This document shows, piece by piece, positions 10,981 to 20,185 of a stretch of DNA of 64,000 nucleotides. Positions within the stretch are counted from its first letter, which is position 1; each line of letters begins with the position of its first letter. Source of the stretch: a virus; IMG/VR virus record IMGVR_UViG_3300033149_006567, positions 33,843-97,842 of that record; one strand, 5' to 3'. Below the pieces are notes generated by a model, which searched no databases, was not told where the DNA came from, and worked only from the letters and a program-made list of their open reading frames with translations. Both the position numbers and the translations under genes were made by a program.

Positions 10981-13194
10981 ATGGCCATAGACAGTACCTA
11001 TAAAAAAATTCTTATTGATTCTTACTTGAAGGCTCTGCTTAAAAATGGCGTAGCTTTGACTGCCCCCCAAGTGGAGGGGCTGATAGAGAATTTTGAGTCG
11101 GACAAAGATTTTACGAAGCCTCAGTTTGTCGCAGAAGACCATATGGTCGAAAAGGGAGAGGCATCTTCTGCCAGTAAGCAGAGGGCGACTCTTGATGCGA
11201 TTTATGCCGATATGAGAGCGATTTTTTCTGAATTGCGAATTTTGACTACTACTGCCATCAGGCAGTATGAACGGTGGGATTCTGAATACGATGCCATAGA
11301 AAAGACTCTGGTGAGTTTGGAAGATCGCATAGGGGATTTGACTCTTATAGCTCAGGATACCGAAGGGTATGTAAATTTTGTTTTAGATGATTTTAAAGAT
11401 TTGTCAAGGATTGACCAAACCAATACTACTGTTACGGTTAATCCTGCGCTGAGGGTTGCGGGCCTTTTTCCTAAGACTAGGGATCACAAAGCTATATATT
11501 TCGATATAGACCCTAAAAAAGACATATCTTTTAGGGCTACGTCTAAGCTGGGAGCCATAACTCAGAACAACTATGGCGGGGCCCTAGAAAACGCTTTTAG
11601 CGACCTAAATACTTATTGGCAAACGAAATTGTCTGCCAGCAAGCAAGGGGTAGTTACAGGAGAACTACTGGTCAAATTGGGTGATACCGCGACAAGTTTG
11701 TCGAAGATAGAGTTTGTAGCCCATAGCTCTAACTATTCTTCTCCTCTTGAAGTTACTCCTCTTTATTCTTTTGATGGATATAATTTTGAGCAGCTTCCTG
11801 GGAAAACGGTTTCCCTTTCGATTCGAGATAGCGGGACCTTTATTTTTCAGCCGGTAGAAGCCACCTATATTAAGTTTTTACTGACGAAGAGGTCGGCGGA
11901 TTATCTTGAGGGAGGGAAATTTGTATATGAGTTCGGGGCAAAATTAATTCAATTTTTTAAAGAAACGTTTACCCTGACCCTAGAGGACGATGAAATAAGA
12001 AAATTAATTTCTAAGCCGTTGTCTATTACGGACGCGGAAGGAAGTTTAGTCGAATTTAGCAAGCTTAGGCTTGAAACTTGTGAGGTGATAAATGAGGGGA
12101 CCAATATCCGATATTTTGTTACTGTTAGCAATGACTCTTCTGTGCCTATAGATGGTTCGCCAGAATGGGTTCCAGTAGATCCAGTTGGTAGAACAGAAAA
12201 AGAAAGCGGTTCTGTTATTGATGTTGGAGATTTGAGTTCGGTAGAAATAGGAGATGATGAAACTGTCGTTGTCTCTTATGATGCCACAGGAAATGCCGCC
12301 CAGGGGCTCCAGAATCCCTCAGGTTCGTTTTATTTGGTTAGTTATGACTCAGGAACTAGCTCGTTCATAAATACGAGCAAGACGGCTCTTGTCAATCGAT
12401 ATATGTTGATCAATAGCAATGACCGCATCTTAAACTATCAGTTAAAAAGCCCCAAGGATTCCTCGGTCGTAGAGAGCGACGACACTTATTTTTTGGTTGA
12501 TATGAATGAATTTGAGATATTTCGAAACATAGGAGAGCGGGGAGTTTCAGATCTTGTTCGGGAGACGGAGAGGGGCTGGGGATTCGATGATCCTTATTAT
12601 TTCTGTGTTGTTGAGATAGACAATAGTAGCGGGCTTCTAGTGGACACCGGCGATTTTGATATTTGGGTTGACAATAGAATTAAAAGCGGCAAGGTTACTA
12701 TTCCTTATGGTACGCACAGGATTAAGGTTTACAAAGATTACTGGTATGATGTGACTCCGGAACTGACTACTCTCTCAGCCTTAATTGCGGCGGATCCACT
12801 TTATCCTCACAATTTAAAGCTTTTGATAGAAGGATATGATTATGGAGCGGGCTTTAATGAGAGCGAAAAAATATATCAGGGAGCAGATGTATTCGCCGAG
12901 TGTTTAATGAAAAAGGTTTCTGTTTTCGACTTCGCCAACAATATAGCCGAAGACGACTACGAACATTATGCGATTGATTGGGACATTCCCGATAGTTATT
13001 CAAACGATTGTGGCAATATGCTATTCATGGTTAAAATAAACGAGGACATAGACGACAGTGACAATGAACAATTTCTTGTTCGTTTCAAGGCTGTCGACCA
13101 GAAGTTTAAATATCTTCGTTTGAGAGCGGATTTTGAAACTGAGGATGCCAATTTGACGCCGATGCTTACTTCTTATAAGATCAAGTTGGGTTAG
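10981..13194 (+). CDS. Putative baseplate/tail-associated structural protein (paralogue 3)
   Basis: 737 aa; NAFSDLNTYW; C-terminal YLRLRADF...TPMLTSYKI. Confidence 0.5.
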   Translation: MAIDSTYKKILIDSYLKALLKNGVALTAPQVEGLIENFESDKDFTKPQFVAEDHMVEKGEASSASKQRATLDAIYADMRAIFSELRILTTTAIRQYERWDSEYDAIEKTLVSLEDRIGDLTLIAQDTEGYVNFVLDDFKDLSRIDQTNTTVTVNPALRVAGLFPKTRDHKAIYFDIDPKKDISFRATSKLGAITQNNYGGALENAFSDLNTYWQTKLSASKQGVVTGELLVKLGDTATSLSKIEFVAHSSNYSSPLEVTPLYSFDGYNFEQLPGKTVSLSIRDSGTFIFQPVEATYIKFLLTKRSADYLEGGKFVYEFGAKLIQFFKETFTLTLEDDEIRKLISKPLSITDAEGSLVEFSKLRLETCEVINEGTNIRYFVTVSNDSSVPIDGSPEWVPVDPVGRTEKESGSVIDVGDLSSVEIGDDETVVVSYDATGNAAQGLQNPSGSFYLVSYDSGTSSFINTSKTALVNRYMLINSNDRILNYQLKSPKDSSVVESDDTYFLVDMNEFEIFRNIGERGVSDLVRETERGWGFDDPYYFCVVEIDNSSGLLVDTGDFDIWVDNRIKSGKVTIPYGTHRIKVYKDYWYDVTPELTTLSALIAADPLYPHNLKLLIEGYDYGAGFNESEKIYQGADVFAECLMKKVSVFDFANNIAEDDYEHYAIDWDIPDSYSNDCGNMLFMVKINEDIDDSDNEQFLVRFKAVDQKFKYLRLRADFETEDANLTPMLTSYKIKLG

Positions 13195-13203
13195 GAGGTT
13201 CCT

Positions 13204-14247
13204 GTGAGCAAGATAGAGCAAATGAGAGTTAATTTTATGCAGCGAAATGCTCGGAAGAATGGCCCAGCGACGTCTGCGCTAATAAATGACAGTATAGATG
13301 AGCTAGCCGTTGATTGGGCCAATTTGGAAGTTCAATGGAACGATTCTCTTTATCCCCTTTTGGATACCGTTCCCAGCGGAAGTGCCAGTGACGGGACTGA
13401 CAAGGTTGATGCCTTTACAAATGGACTAGATGGAAGCACTCTCTATGTGGATTCAGATACGTCTTCTACGGGGACGGGGGCTACATACTACAATTCTTCT
13501 CGGAGCCGCCCGAATACGATAAGTGAACAGTTTGTTGCTCTTTACGATTATCTTGATGAGACCTGGGACGACATAAGGAGTGAGTTGGTTACAGCCGCAA
13601 ATCCGTGGAGTGAGGCCGTTAAAGAACGGATTGGGATGAATATCTTTGACAGTTCTGAGACCAGCTCTGCCACCAGCTTAGATGGGAAAATTGACACCAA
13701 TACGAATAACATCACTCAACTGGCCAAGGATATGTATGGATCTGGTGCAGCTCTTGGTGGCGATGGAGTCGCGGATTTAGCCACTGATGTTTCGACCAAT
13801 CTGGATAATATTGAGACTTTTGTTGGAATGGCTGACGCAACGGATGCAACTCCGACATACTCTTCTAATAATTATGTGACCGACGGAGATAGCCTGGAGA
13901 CGGCTATTGGGAAATTAGATACTACTGTAGCTGATGCCTTGGACGGCATTAGCACCATGAATGGATTAACTGTAGCCTATGGTTCGGAGACCGTAGGTGA
14001 TGATGACGAAGTCATTGTCGCAACGGGAGTCACAGGCTGGGGTTTTGCTCAGGCTGGCGACAACCAGGAATACGCCCAATTTACTTGGACTGCCGCTGGG
14101 GCTGTGACTCTGATAGTCAATACGGCAAATGTTAATAATGCCGATGTTGACGGCGATTTTTGCATATATGACAACGGGGCGGGAATTGCGATAAAGAACC
14201 GGCTCGGCGCAGATCTTATCGTCAGATATTCACTATTTTATTCATAA
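13204..14247 (+). CDS. Tail/fibre-associated structural protein
   Basis: AGGAGG RBS with GTG start; acidic and S/T-rich; YSSNNYVTDGDSLETAIGKLD is a fibre-type motif. Confidence 0.5.
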   Translation: MSKIEQMRVNFMQRNARKNGPATSALINDSIDELAVDWANLEVQWNDSLYPLLDTVPSGSASDGTDKVDAFTNGLDGSTLYVDSDTSSTGTGATYYNSSRSRPNTISEQFVALYDYLDETWDDIRSELVTAANPWSEAVKERIGMNIFDSSETSSATSLDGKIDTNTNNITQLAKDMYGSGAALGGDGVADLATDVSTNLDNIETFVGMADATDATPTYSSNNYVTDGDSLETAIGKLDTTVADALDGISTMNGLTVAYGSETVGDDDEVIVATGVTGWGFAQAGDNQEYAQFTWTAAGAVTLIVNTANVNNADVDGDFCIYDNGAGIAIKNRLGADLIVRYSLFYS

Positions 14248-14262
14248 TAAGGAGGCCCCTAG

Positions 14263-16251
14263 ATGCCACTAAAACTCCACAATAACGGAATTACGATACA
14301 AGATGATGGTGATTTAGATGATACTACTGTAGATGGAGATCTAACCATAACTGGAGATGTAGAAGTCGGTAGTACAGGTACTCTAAAGGCTTTTACCGAA
14401 GAGATACATTTTGGTGGAGCTGACGGTTCAAAGTCTAATCGAATTTATTGCGACGAGACAACTGATCAAACTAATATCGGGTTAAACAGTGATCTCGGAA
14501 GACAGCTAGTTATTTGTGATAGGGACGTAGTTGAGGATGATTTTGGCCATGCCGTTCCGACTAATCCTACCCTTTTTATTCAAAGTGCTTTAGACCCCGA
14601 TACGAATAACACAAGGTGGGGTTCGTTTTCTCATACAGGCGATGCGGCTAATGCTGGATATTTTGATTATGTCTTGGGGGCAGGAGTACATCGTTTTGGT
14701 GGAGCTGGAGTCCCAGGCGTTGCGACTGCTGTTAACGACGTGTTTGTCAATGGAGCTTTTGAAGTTGACGGAGCGGTCGACTTTGGTTCCACTCTCGATG
14801 TAGCGGGGGCGGTAAATATTGTTTCCATCCTTGATGTAACAGGAGCGGCATCTTTGGCTTCCACTTTTAGCGTTGGAGGTAATGCTGATTTTGAATCTGA
14901 CGTAACGGTTTCTGGTCAATTAGATGTTGACGGAGCGGTCGACTTTGGGTCTGCCCTTGGCGTTGATGGAGCAGTTACTTTCAATTCTACTCTTGACGTA
15001 ACTGGCGGCACGTCTACTTTTGGTAGTCCAGCCATTTATTTAAGAAGCGATGGGAAAATAAGTACTGGCGGGGAAACAGCCCCTGATTGCGCAGCAGGCG
15101 GAATCACGCTTGACATAAATGCGAATGATGGGATATTTTTTTCTGCGAAGTCAAGTGACATTGCCCATGCGTTAGCTAGTTATGGTGAGACAGATACGTT
15201 TTATTCTTTGAGAAAATATGATGGTGATGGCGGTGGGACCCGGATAAGAAGTTTTGCAGATGGAGATGAAGCACATCCTGTTGGATATTTTGTCGAAACA
15301 TTTGTTGAAAATAACGCAGATACAGTTACAGGCAAAGCAGGTTACGGGTTACTCAATTTTTACGCTGCGCAACATGATGGAGCCGGTAATCTTGTGGATG
15401 TTGCAGATGCCGGGAATGCCTTTTCCATTAGATGTCGGAAAAATAATGCTTCGGAAACTAAATTTTTGTTGAAAGGTAATGGCGATTTTTGGCATGCAGG
15501 AAGTGGGGTAATTGATGGAGGCTTAAGTACTGGCGGGGAAACAGCTCCTGATTGCGAGGATGGTGGGATCACACTTAACATGGGAGCCAATGACGGAATA
15601 TTTTTGTCGGCAAAATCAAGTGACATTGCCCATGGACTTACAGCTTATGCGGAGACGGATACGTTTTTTACCATGAACAAGAGAGATGCTGCGGGCGGGG
15701 GACTTTCTATGCGAAGCTTCACCGATGGAGGAGAAGGTGAAGCTATAGGTTGGAGTGTGTCGACTTTTATCAGGGATACGTTAGACACGACGACTTCTGT
15801 CGCCGGGTTGGGAGGGATTAATTTTTCTGTGTGTCAGCATGATGGTTCGAACAACAAGGTCACTTGTGCGGCAAACGGAAATCTTTTTACTGTTCGTAGA
15901 TGGTATAATAGTGGGGGAGGAGCTGATTGGGAGGTAGCTTTTATAATTAAGGGTGACGGAGACATTTATTATGACGGAGCAGATCAGGGAGCTTTTGATG
16001 CAGAGCAAGATGCACTGGCTTGTCGAGACGCCGCATACACAATCGCCGGGGAGTTCGATAAAGTTCTGGCGTATAACCGAGAGGAGCTGGAACGTATCGG
16101 TGTAATGCAGAATGGTTTCATTTCTAATCGCAAGATGACAAAACTCAATCTTTTTGGTTTAGCCGAGGTATATGCCGTAGTGGAAAAGCTTTGCGAAAAG
16201 TTTGGTTTGAGTTACGAAGACATTCGCAAGGAGATTCGCGGATTAAAATAG
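14263..16251 (+). CDS. Tail fibre/spike-like protein with 12-aa beta repeats and a duplicated ~155-aa domain
   Basis: AAGGAGG RBS; VDGAVDFGSTLD-type repeats; STGGETAPDC...SAKSSDIAH occurs twice. Confidence 0.6.
   Translation: MPLKLHNNGITIQDDGDLDDTTVDGDLTITGDVEVGSTGTLKAFTEEIHFGGADGSKSNRIYCDETTDQTNIGLNSDLGRQLVICDRDVVEDDFGHAVPTNPTLFIQSALDPDTNNTRWGSFSHTGDAANAGYFDYVLGAGVHRFGGAGVPGVATAVNDVFVNGAFEVDGAVDFGSTLDVAGAVNIVSILDVTGAASLASTFSVGGNADFESDVTVSGQLDVDGAVDFGSALGVDGAVTFNSTLDVTGGTSTFGSPAIYLRSDGKISTGGETAPDCAAGGITLDINANDGIFFSAKSSDIAHALASYGETDTFYSLRKYDGDGGGTRIRSFADGDEAHPVGYFVETFVENNADTVTGKAGYGLLNFYAAQHDGAGNLVDVADAGNAFSIRCRKNNASETKFLLKGNGDFWHAGSGVIDGGLSTGGETAPDCEDGGITLNMGANDGIFLSAKSSDIAHGLTAYAETDTFFTMNKRDAAGGGLSMRSFTDGGEGEAIGWSVSTFIRDTLDTTTSVAGLGGINFSVCQHDGSNNKVTCAANGNLFTVRRWYNSGGGADWEVAFIIKGDGDIYYDGADQGAFDAEQDALACRDAAYTIAGEFDKVLAYNREELERIGVMQNGFISNRKMTKLNLFGLAEVYAVVEKLCEKFGLSYEDIRKEIRGLK
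15060..15675 (+). repeat. Internal duplication, copies near 15060-15210 and 15525-15675 (offset 465 nt)
   Basis: aagtactggcggggaaacagc and tcaagtgacattgcccatg are present in both copies. Confidence 0.85.
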
Positions 16252-16283
16252 GTATGTCCTGTATTTCCATTCTTTTTTTTCTC

Positions 16284-16312
16284 TTGCCTTGCCTTATTTT
16301 ATCTGTTATAAT
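16284..16312 (+). promoter_or_regulatory. Sigma70-like promoter for the actin/glycan operon
   Basis: TTGCCT-N17-TATAAT with extended -10 TG, just after the fibre gene stop. Confidence 0.6.
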
Positions 16313-16346
16313 CATTTTGGTTCTCAAATTTCGAGGGAAATTTTCT

Positions 16347-16778
16347 GTGGCCGATCGACTAAGGTTAAATAAAGACGGTAAAGTAGTCAAAGATCATAAT
16401 CTTCCTGGCTTTAAAAAGGGAGGGGCGTTTTCAGTTCCCTCTCTTTCTATTGACGAAAAGCAGTTGAAAAGGTTGGCCATTATTGTTGGGAAAACCATCG
16501 CCAGGGAACTACTTAAGCATCCGGAATTATTTAAGACTGAAGTGACTCTTAAACCAGCTTTATTGCCCGAAAGCGTTCAATATCCCCAGGTAACTTACGA
16601 TGACATACGGACACCCGATGATTGGAGTAAGCTAGAGGACATAGTTGACGTGGGGGTGTCTACGGAGGGAATGGAAGGTTCTTTTGATGAAGCTTTTAAA
16701 GAGGAGCTGGTTAAGGATGAAGGCGTCGAGGGGGCCCGAGAAAAATTATCTAAGTTGAAAAGTAAGCAGGGAGTTTAG
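16347..16778 (+). CDS. Hypothetical protein upstream of the actin gene (probable GTG start at 16347)
   Basis: GAGGG RBS before GTG; the longer ORF-track N-terminus reads through the T-rich promoter. Confidence 0.55.
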   Translation: MADRLRLNKDGKVVKDHNLPGFKKGGAFSVPSLSIDEKQLKRLAIIVGKTIARELLKHPELFKTEVTLKPALLPESVQYPQVTYDDIRTPDDWSKLEDIVDVGVSTEGMEGSFDEAFKEELVKDEGVEGAREKLSKLKSKQGV

Positions 16779-16779
16779 A

Positions 16780-17775
16780 ATGTTAGGTTTAGATGTAGGG
16801 ACGTCTTATGTTATTGGGGCCAGGGAAACTGACAAGGGGATAACTTATCGAGAGTTTCGGGACGCCTTTTTCAGGATTAAGCCCGCTACGCCCATAGCGG
16901 CCAAGATGATAGAGAAGGGTTTGAAAGGCACCAAATATTTTAAAGATTCGGATGGAAGTTTCGTTGTTATTGACAAGGAGGCTATTGTCAAGGCAGTTGA
17001 GAGGAACTCGTCGGCTCTAAGGCCTCTTGCTCGAGGGATTTTATCTCCCAAAGAGAGGGATGCTCGCAGGGTATTCAAGTTCCTTTTGGGCAAATTACTA
17101 GGCAAGCCGAAAGAAAAGAAGGAAAAGCTTGTTTATTCGATTCCTGCGGCTCCGGCAGACGTATCCTCAGACGATTTCGATGTTGGATATCACTGCGATG
17201 CCATTGGGAACGATCTTAAGGAACTCGGTTTTGATCCCAGCCCCTTAAATGAGGCAGAGGCAATTTGTTATGCAGAATTAGAAGAGGATGATTATACGGG
17301 CGTTTCTATTTCGGCAGGCGCGGGAATGCAAAATGTTTGTGTCATGTCTTCTGGTGAGCCAGTATTAATATTTAGTCTAGCCAGGTCTGGAGATTATGTT
17401 GATCGTATGGCTGCGGCTTCTACAGCGGAACCGGATTCTGTTGTTCAAATGGAGAAGGAGGCTGGAGATTGGGAAGTGGGGAAGGAAAATGAGAATCGTA
17501 TTTTGAGCGCTGTTTCCATATATTACGTCAGACTTATTAAATACGTAGTAGAAATGCTTTCGAAAAAGCTTAATTCAGCAGATGAACTTCCCAGGTTTCC
17601 TTCAGCGATACCAGTTGTTTTGTCTGGGGGAACTTCGCTAGCGAAGGGGTACGTAGAGGAGTTTAAAAAGCAGTTGGCCCCGGTTGATTTGCCGTTCGAA
17701 GTCAAGGAAGTTCGTCACGCTAAGGAGCCCCTTAGGGCTGTCGCAAAAGGCTGCTTAATCGCCGCGTCTTTATAG
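16780..17775 (+). CDS. Actin-family ATPase, volactin-like
   Basis: Phosphate-1 GLDVGT, connect-1 NEAEA, phosphate-2 ISAGAGMQN, adenosine LSGGTS, connect-2 EPLRAVAKG. Confidence 0.85.
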   Translation: MLGLDVGTSYVIGARETDKGITYREFRDAFFRIKPATPIAAKMIEKGLKGTKYFKDSDGSFVVIDKEAIVKAVERNSSALRPLARGILSPKERDARRVFKFLLGKLLGKPKEKKEKLVYSIPAAPADVSSDDFDVGYHCDAIGNDLKELGFDPSPLNEAEAICYAELEEDDYTGVSISAGAGMQNVCVMSSGEPVLIFSLARSGDYVDRMAAASTAEPDSVVQMEKEAGDWEVGKENENRILSAVSIYYVRLIKYVVEMLSKKLNSADELPRFPSAIPVVLSGGTSLAKGYVEEFKKQLAPVDLPFEVKEVRHAKEPLRAVAKGCLIAASL

Positions 17776-17783
17776 GACCCCAG

Positions 17784-18890
17784 ATGGCTAAAAAACTTGC
17801 TTTAAATAAGAACGGGGTTGTTACTAAAAGAATTAATATGCCAGACCTTAAGGTTGTTCCAACGACTAAAGCTGGGCGCAGATTGGTTCGGTTGCATAAG
17901 TTGATAGTCGGAGAGTCTCCTAAGATATGTATTGTTCGAGGTGGAGGAATAGGCGACCTTTTGATGACTACTCCTGCTGCTAAATTTATCAAGAAGCAGT
18001 ATCCTCATGTCCATCTGACTTATGCCGTTGACTTTCATTATTTAGACGGGGCTCTTCCTTCAGTTTTAGAGGGTAATCCTTATGTTGACAAGGTAGTCCA
18101 CTGGAAGTCATATGACGAAGATGATTTTGATGCTGTTTTAAATCTTCAGTGTCCTTGTGTTGCTCACGAAAGACCAGGCGCGAAACCGATTAGCAGAATA
18201 GACCTTTTTGCTCGTCACCTGGGTATTTATGAGATGGAAGATAAGCGGCCCGTTTACGTCGGATCAGCGGAAGAGGACGCAGAAGTTGACGCTTGGTTAA
18301 ATAGTCGGCTTCATTATGATAGTTCTCGTCATAAATTACTTGTTGTGAGTCCTTTTTCTTCTGCTGGTGGACGTAGTTTTCCGATTGAGAGGATGAAAGA
18401 GACTCTTAGGTATGTTAAACAGGTTCTTCCTGAGGTAAAGGTGGTTGTTTGCACTCATGACTCAGATTTTCTCAAGGACACGTACTGGGATTCTGTTGCA
18501 GATGCTGTAGCTCATGAATTTAAAGTTCGAAAATTTGCTTCTCTTTTGAGTTTTTCTCGATTAGTTCTTTGTCAGGATTCAGCTGCTCTTCATCTTTGCG
18601 GGGCACTTGACATTTCTGTTTTGGCCCTTTTTGGTTCCACCGATCCTCGCGCCAGAGTAAATCATTACCCTAAGGCGGTCGGGTACTGTCCAGGTCTTAA
18701 GCTGCAGTGTTTTCCATGTTGGTATAATTACGGAAATTGTTCTCACAGTACTTGTTGGCGTTTGATAGAGCCGAAAGACGTGGCCGGTATTATGGTAAAT
18801 ATGTTGACTCAAAAACCAGTTGTGTCCGAGTTTCTATCCCTCGGAGAGAAAAAACCTCCGAGAAATCGCATTCGAACTGAAACCCTTTAG
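17784..18890 (+). CDS. Glycosyltransferase family 9 (heptosyltransferase-like)
   Basis: RGGGIGDLLMTTP, DSAALHL, LFGSTDP, and a C-terminal CFPCW...C...C cluster. Confidence 0.85.
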   Translation: MAKKLALNKNGVVTKRINMPDLKVVPTTKAGRRLVRLHKLIVGESPKICIVRGGGIGDLLMTTPAAKFIKKQYPHVHLTYAVDFHYLDGALPSVLEGNPYVDKVVHWKSYDEDDFDAVLNLQCPCVAHERPGAKPISRIDLFARHLGIYEMEDKRPVYVGSAEEDAEVDAWLNSRLHYDSSRHKLLVVSPFSSAGGRSFPIERMKETLRYVKQVLPEVKVVVCTHDSDFLKDTYWDSVADAVAHEFKVRKFASLLSFSRLVLCQDSAALHLCGALDISVLALFGSTDPRARVNHYPKAVGYCPGLKLQCFPCWYNYGNCSHSTCWRLIEPKDVAGIMVNMLTQKPVVSEFLSLGEKKPPRNRIRTETL

Positions 18891-18903
18891 CCCGAGTCCC
18901 CAG

Positions 18904-20178
18904 ATGTCTAAAAAAATTAAGCTACTTGCTTGGTGCGATTTGGTTGCGCATACAGGTTTTTCAAATGTAGCAGAGCATGTCTTGAAGGCACTTTATTCTA
19001 CCGGGTTATATGATATAGATGTTTTAGCCATCAATTATCACGGAGACTTTCTCGATAAAGAAAGATATCCTTATCAAATAGTTCCGGCTAAACTGAAGGA
19101 CCCCAAGGATCCCTATGGAAAGGGCATGTTCGTTAGGTCTCTAGAGAATAAGGCCTATGATGCTGTTTGGATAATAAATGACGTGTATGTGGTTGAACCT
19201 GTTTCTAGGGCCGTGACGCAGATGAAAGAGGCTTTTCAGAATAGAGGGAAGACGCCTCCCTGTATTTTCTATTACTTTCCAATAGATAGCAAGCTTTTGC
19301 CTGGATATTCGGGGATGATCAAGGTAGCTGATGTTCCTGTTGCTTATACTCAGTTTGCTTTGGATGAAACTCTGAAGACAGTCCCCTCTCTAAAGTCCAA
19401 GAATATCCCGATTATTTATCATGGAGTCGACACTTCTGTTTTCCGCCCCCTTTCGCTCGAGGAGCGCTCTAGATGGCGAAGAGATTATTTGAAAGTCGAA
19501 GATGACACTTTTGTTATTATTAACGTCAATAGAAACAGTGAGAGAAAACAGTTAACTAGAACTCTATTGGCTTTTGAGGAGTTTAGAAAACATGTTCCGA
19601 AGTCTAAGCTTTATGTGCATGCAGCCCCCAGAGATTCTGGCATTGATCTTTTTTCTGCTTGCAATGATCTAGGATTTGACATAAGGAGGGATGTCATATT
19701 TCCTGACCCAAGAAATTTTTCGCCATCTAAGGGGTATCCGGCTGAGGTGTTAAATCGGTTTTATAATGCAGCTGATTGCTTTCTGACGACTACCCTAGGC
19801 GAGGGATACGGGTTGTGCGCCCAAGAATCTCTCGCTGCTGAGATTCCCGTAGTTGTTCCCGATAATACCGTTCATCCTGAAATTTTTGGAGAAGATGGAG
19901 AACGAGCTCTAATATATGATTGCAAAGAACTTATTTGGGTAGACAACACTGCCTATCGCCCCCTGGGTCGAGTGGAAGACATAGTCGAGAAATTGCTCCA
20001 GGTTTATAACGAGCCCCTAGATGCCAAGCGATCTCGAGCTAAAAGAGGACGTGAATGGTGTGTTAAAAATGACTGGAAAGAGATAGGGGAGCAATGGATA
20101 AGTCTCTTTAATAGAGAGCTTTCTTCTAGAAAAGTTAAGGGGGAAGATACTTCTCGCATTAAGGCTAGTTTGGTATGA
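18904..20178 (+). CDS. Glycosyltransferase family 4
   Basis: TGFSNVA, IYHGVD, NRNSERK, EGYGLCAQE (Ex7E); probable ATG at 18904. Confidence 0.85.
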   Translation: MSKKIKLLAWCDLVAHTGFSNVAEHVLKALYSTGLYDIDVLAINYHGDFLDKERYPYQIVPAKLKDPKDPYGKGMFVRSLENKAYDAVWIINDVYVVEPVSRAVTQMKEAFQNRGKTPPCIFYYFPIDSKLLPGYSGMIKVADVPVAYTQFALDETLKTVPSLKSKNIPIIYHGVDTSVFRPLSLEERSRWRRDYLKVEDDTFVIINVNRNSERKQLTRTLLAFEEFRKHVPKSKLYVHAAPRDSGIDLFSACNDLGFDIRRDVIFPDPRNFSPSKGYPAEVLNRFYNAADCFLTTTLGEGYGLCAQESLAAEIPVVVPDNTVHPEIFGEDGERALIYDCKELIWVDNTAYRPLGRVEDIVEKLLQVYNEPLDAKRSRAKRGREWCVKNDWKEIGEQWISLFNRELSSRKVKGEDTSRIKASLV

Positions 20179-20185
20179 GGAAAAA

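Noticed and set aside
16191-16346. Transmembrane anchor on the protein upstream of actin
   Set aside because: The hydrophobic stretch is a translation of a T-rich region containing a promoter; the GTG at 16347 has an RBS. Not fully excluded
16780-17775. Archaeal virus or archaeal chromosome because of the volactin-like gene
   Set aside because: DnaE, RecA, DnaG-type primase, amidase, SLT and sigma70-like promoters all point to a bacterial host
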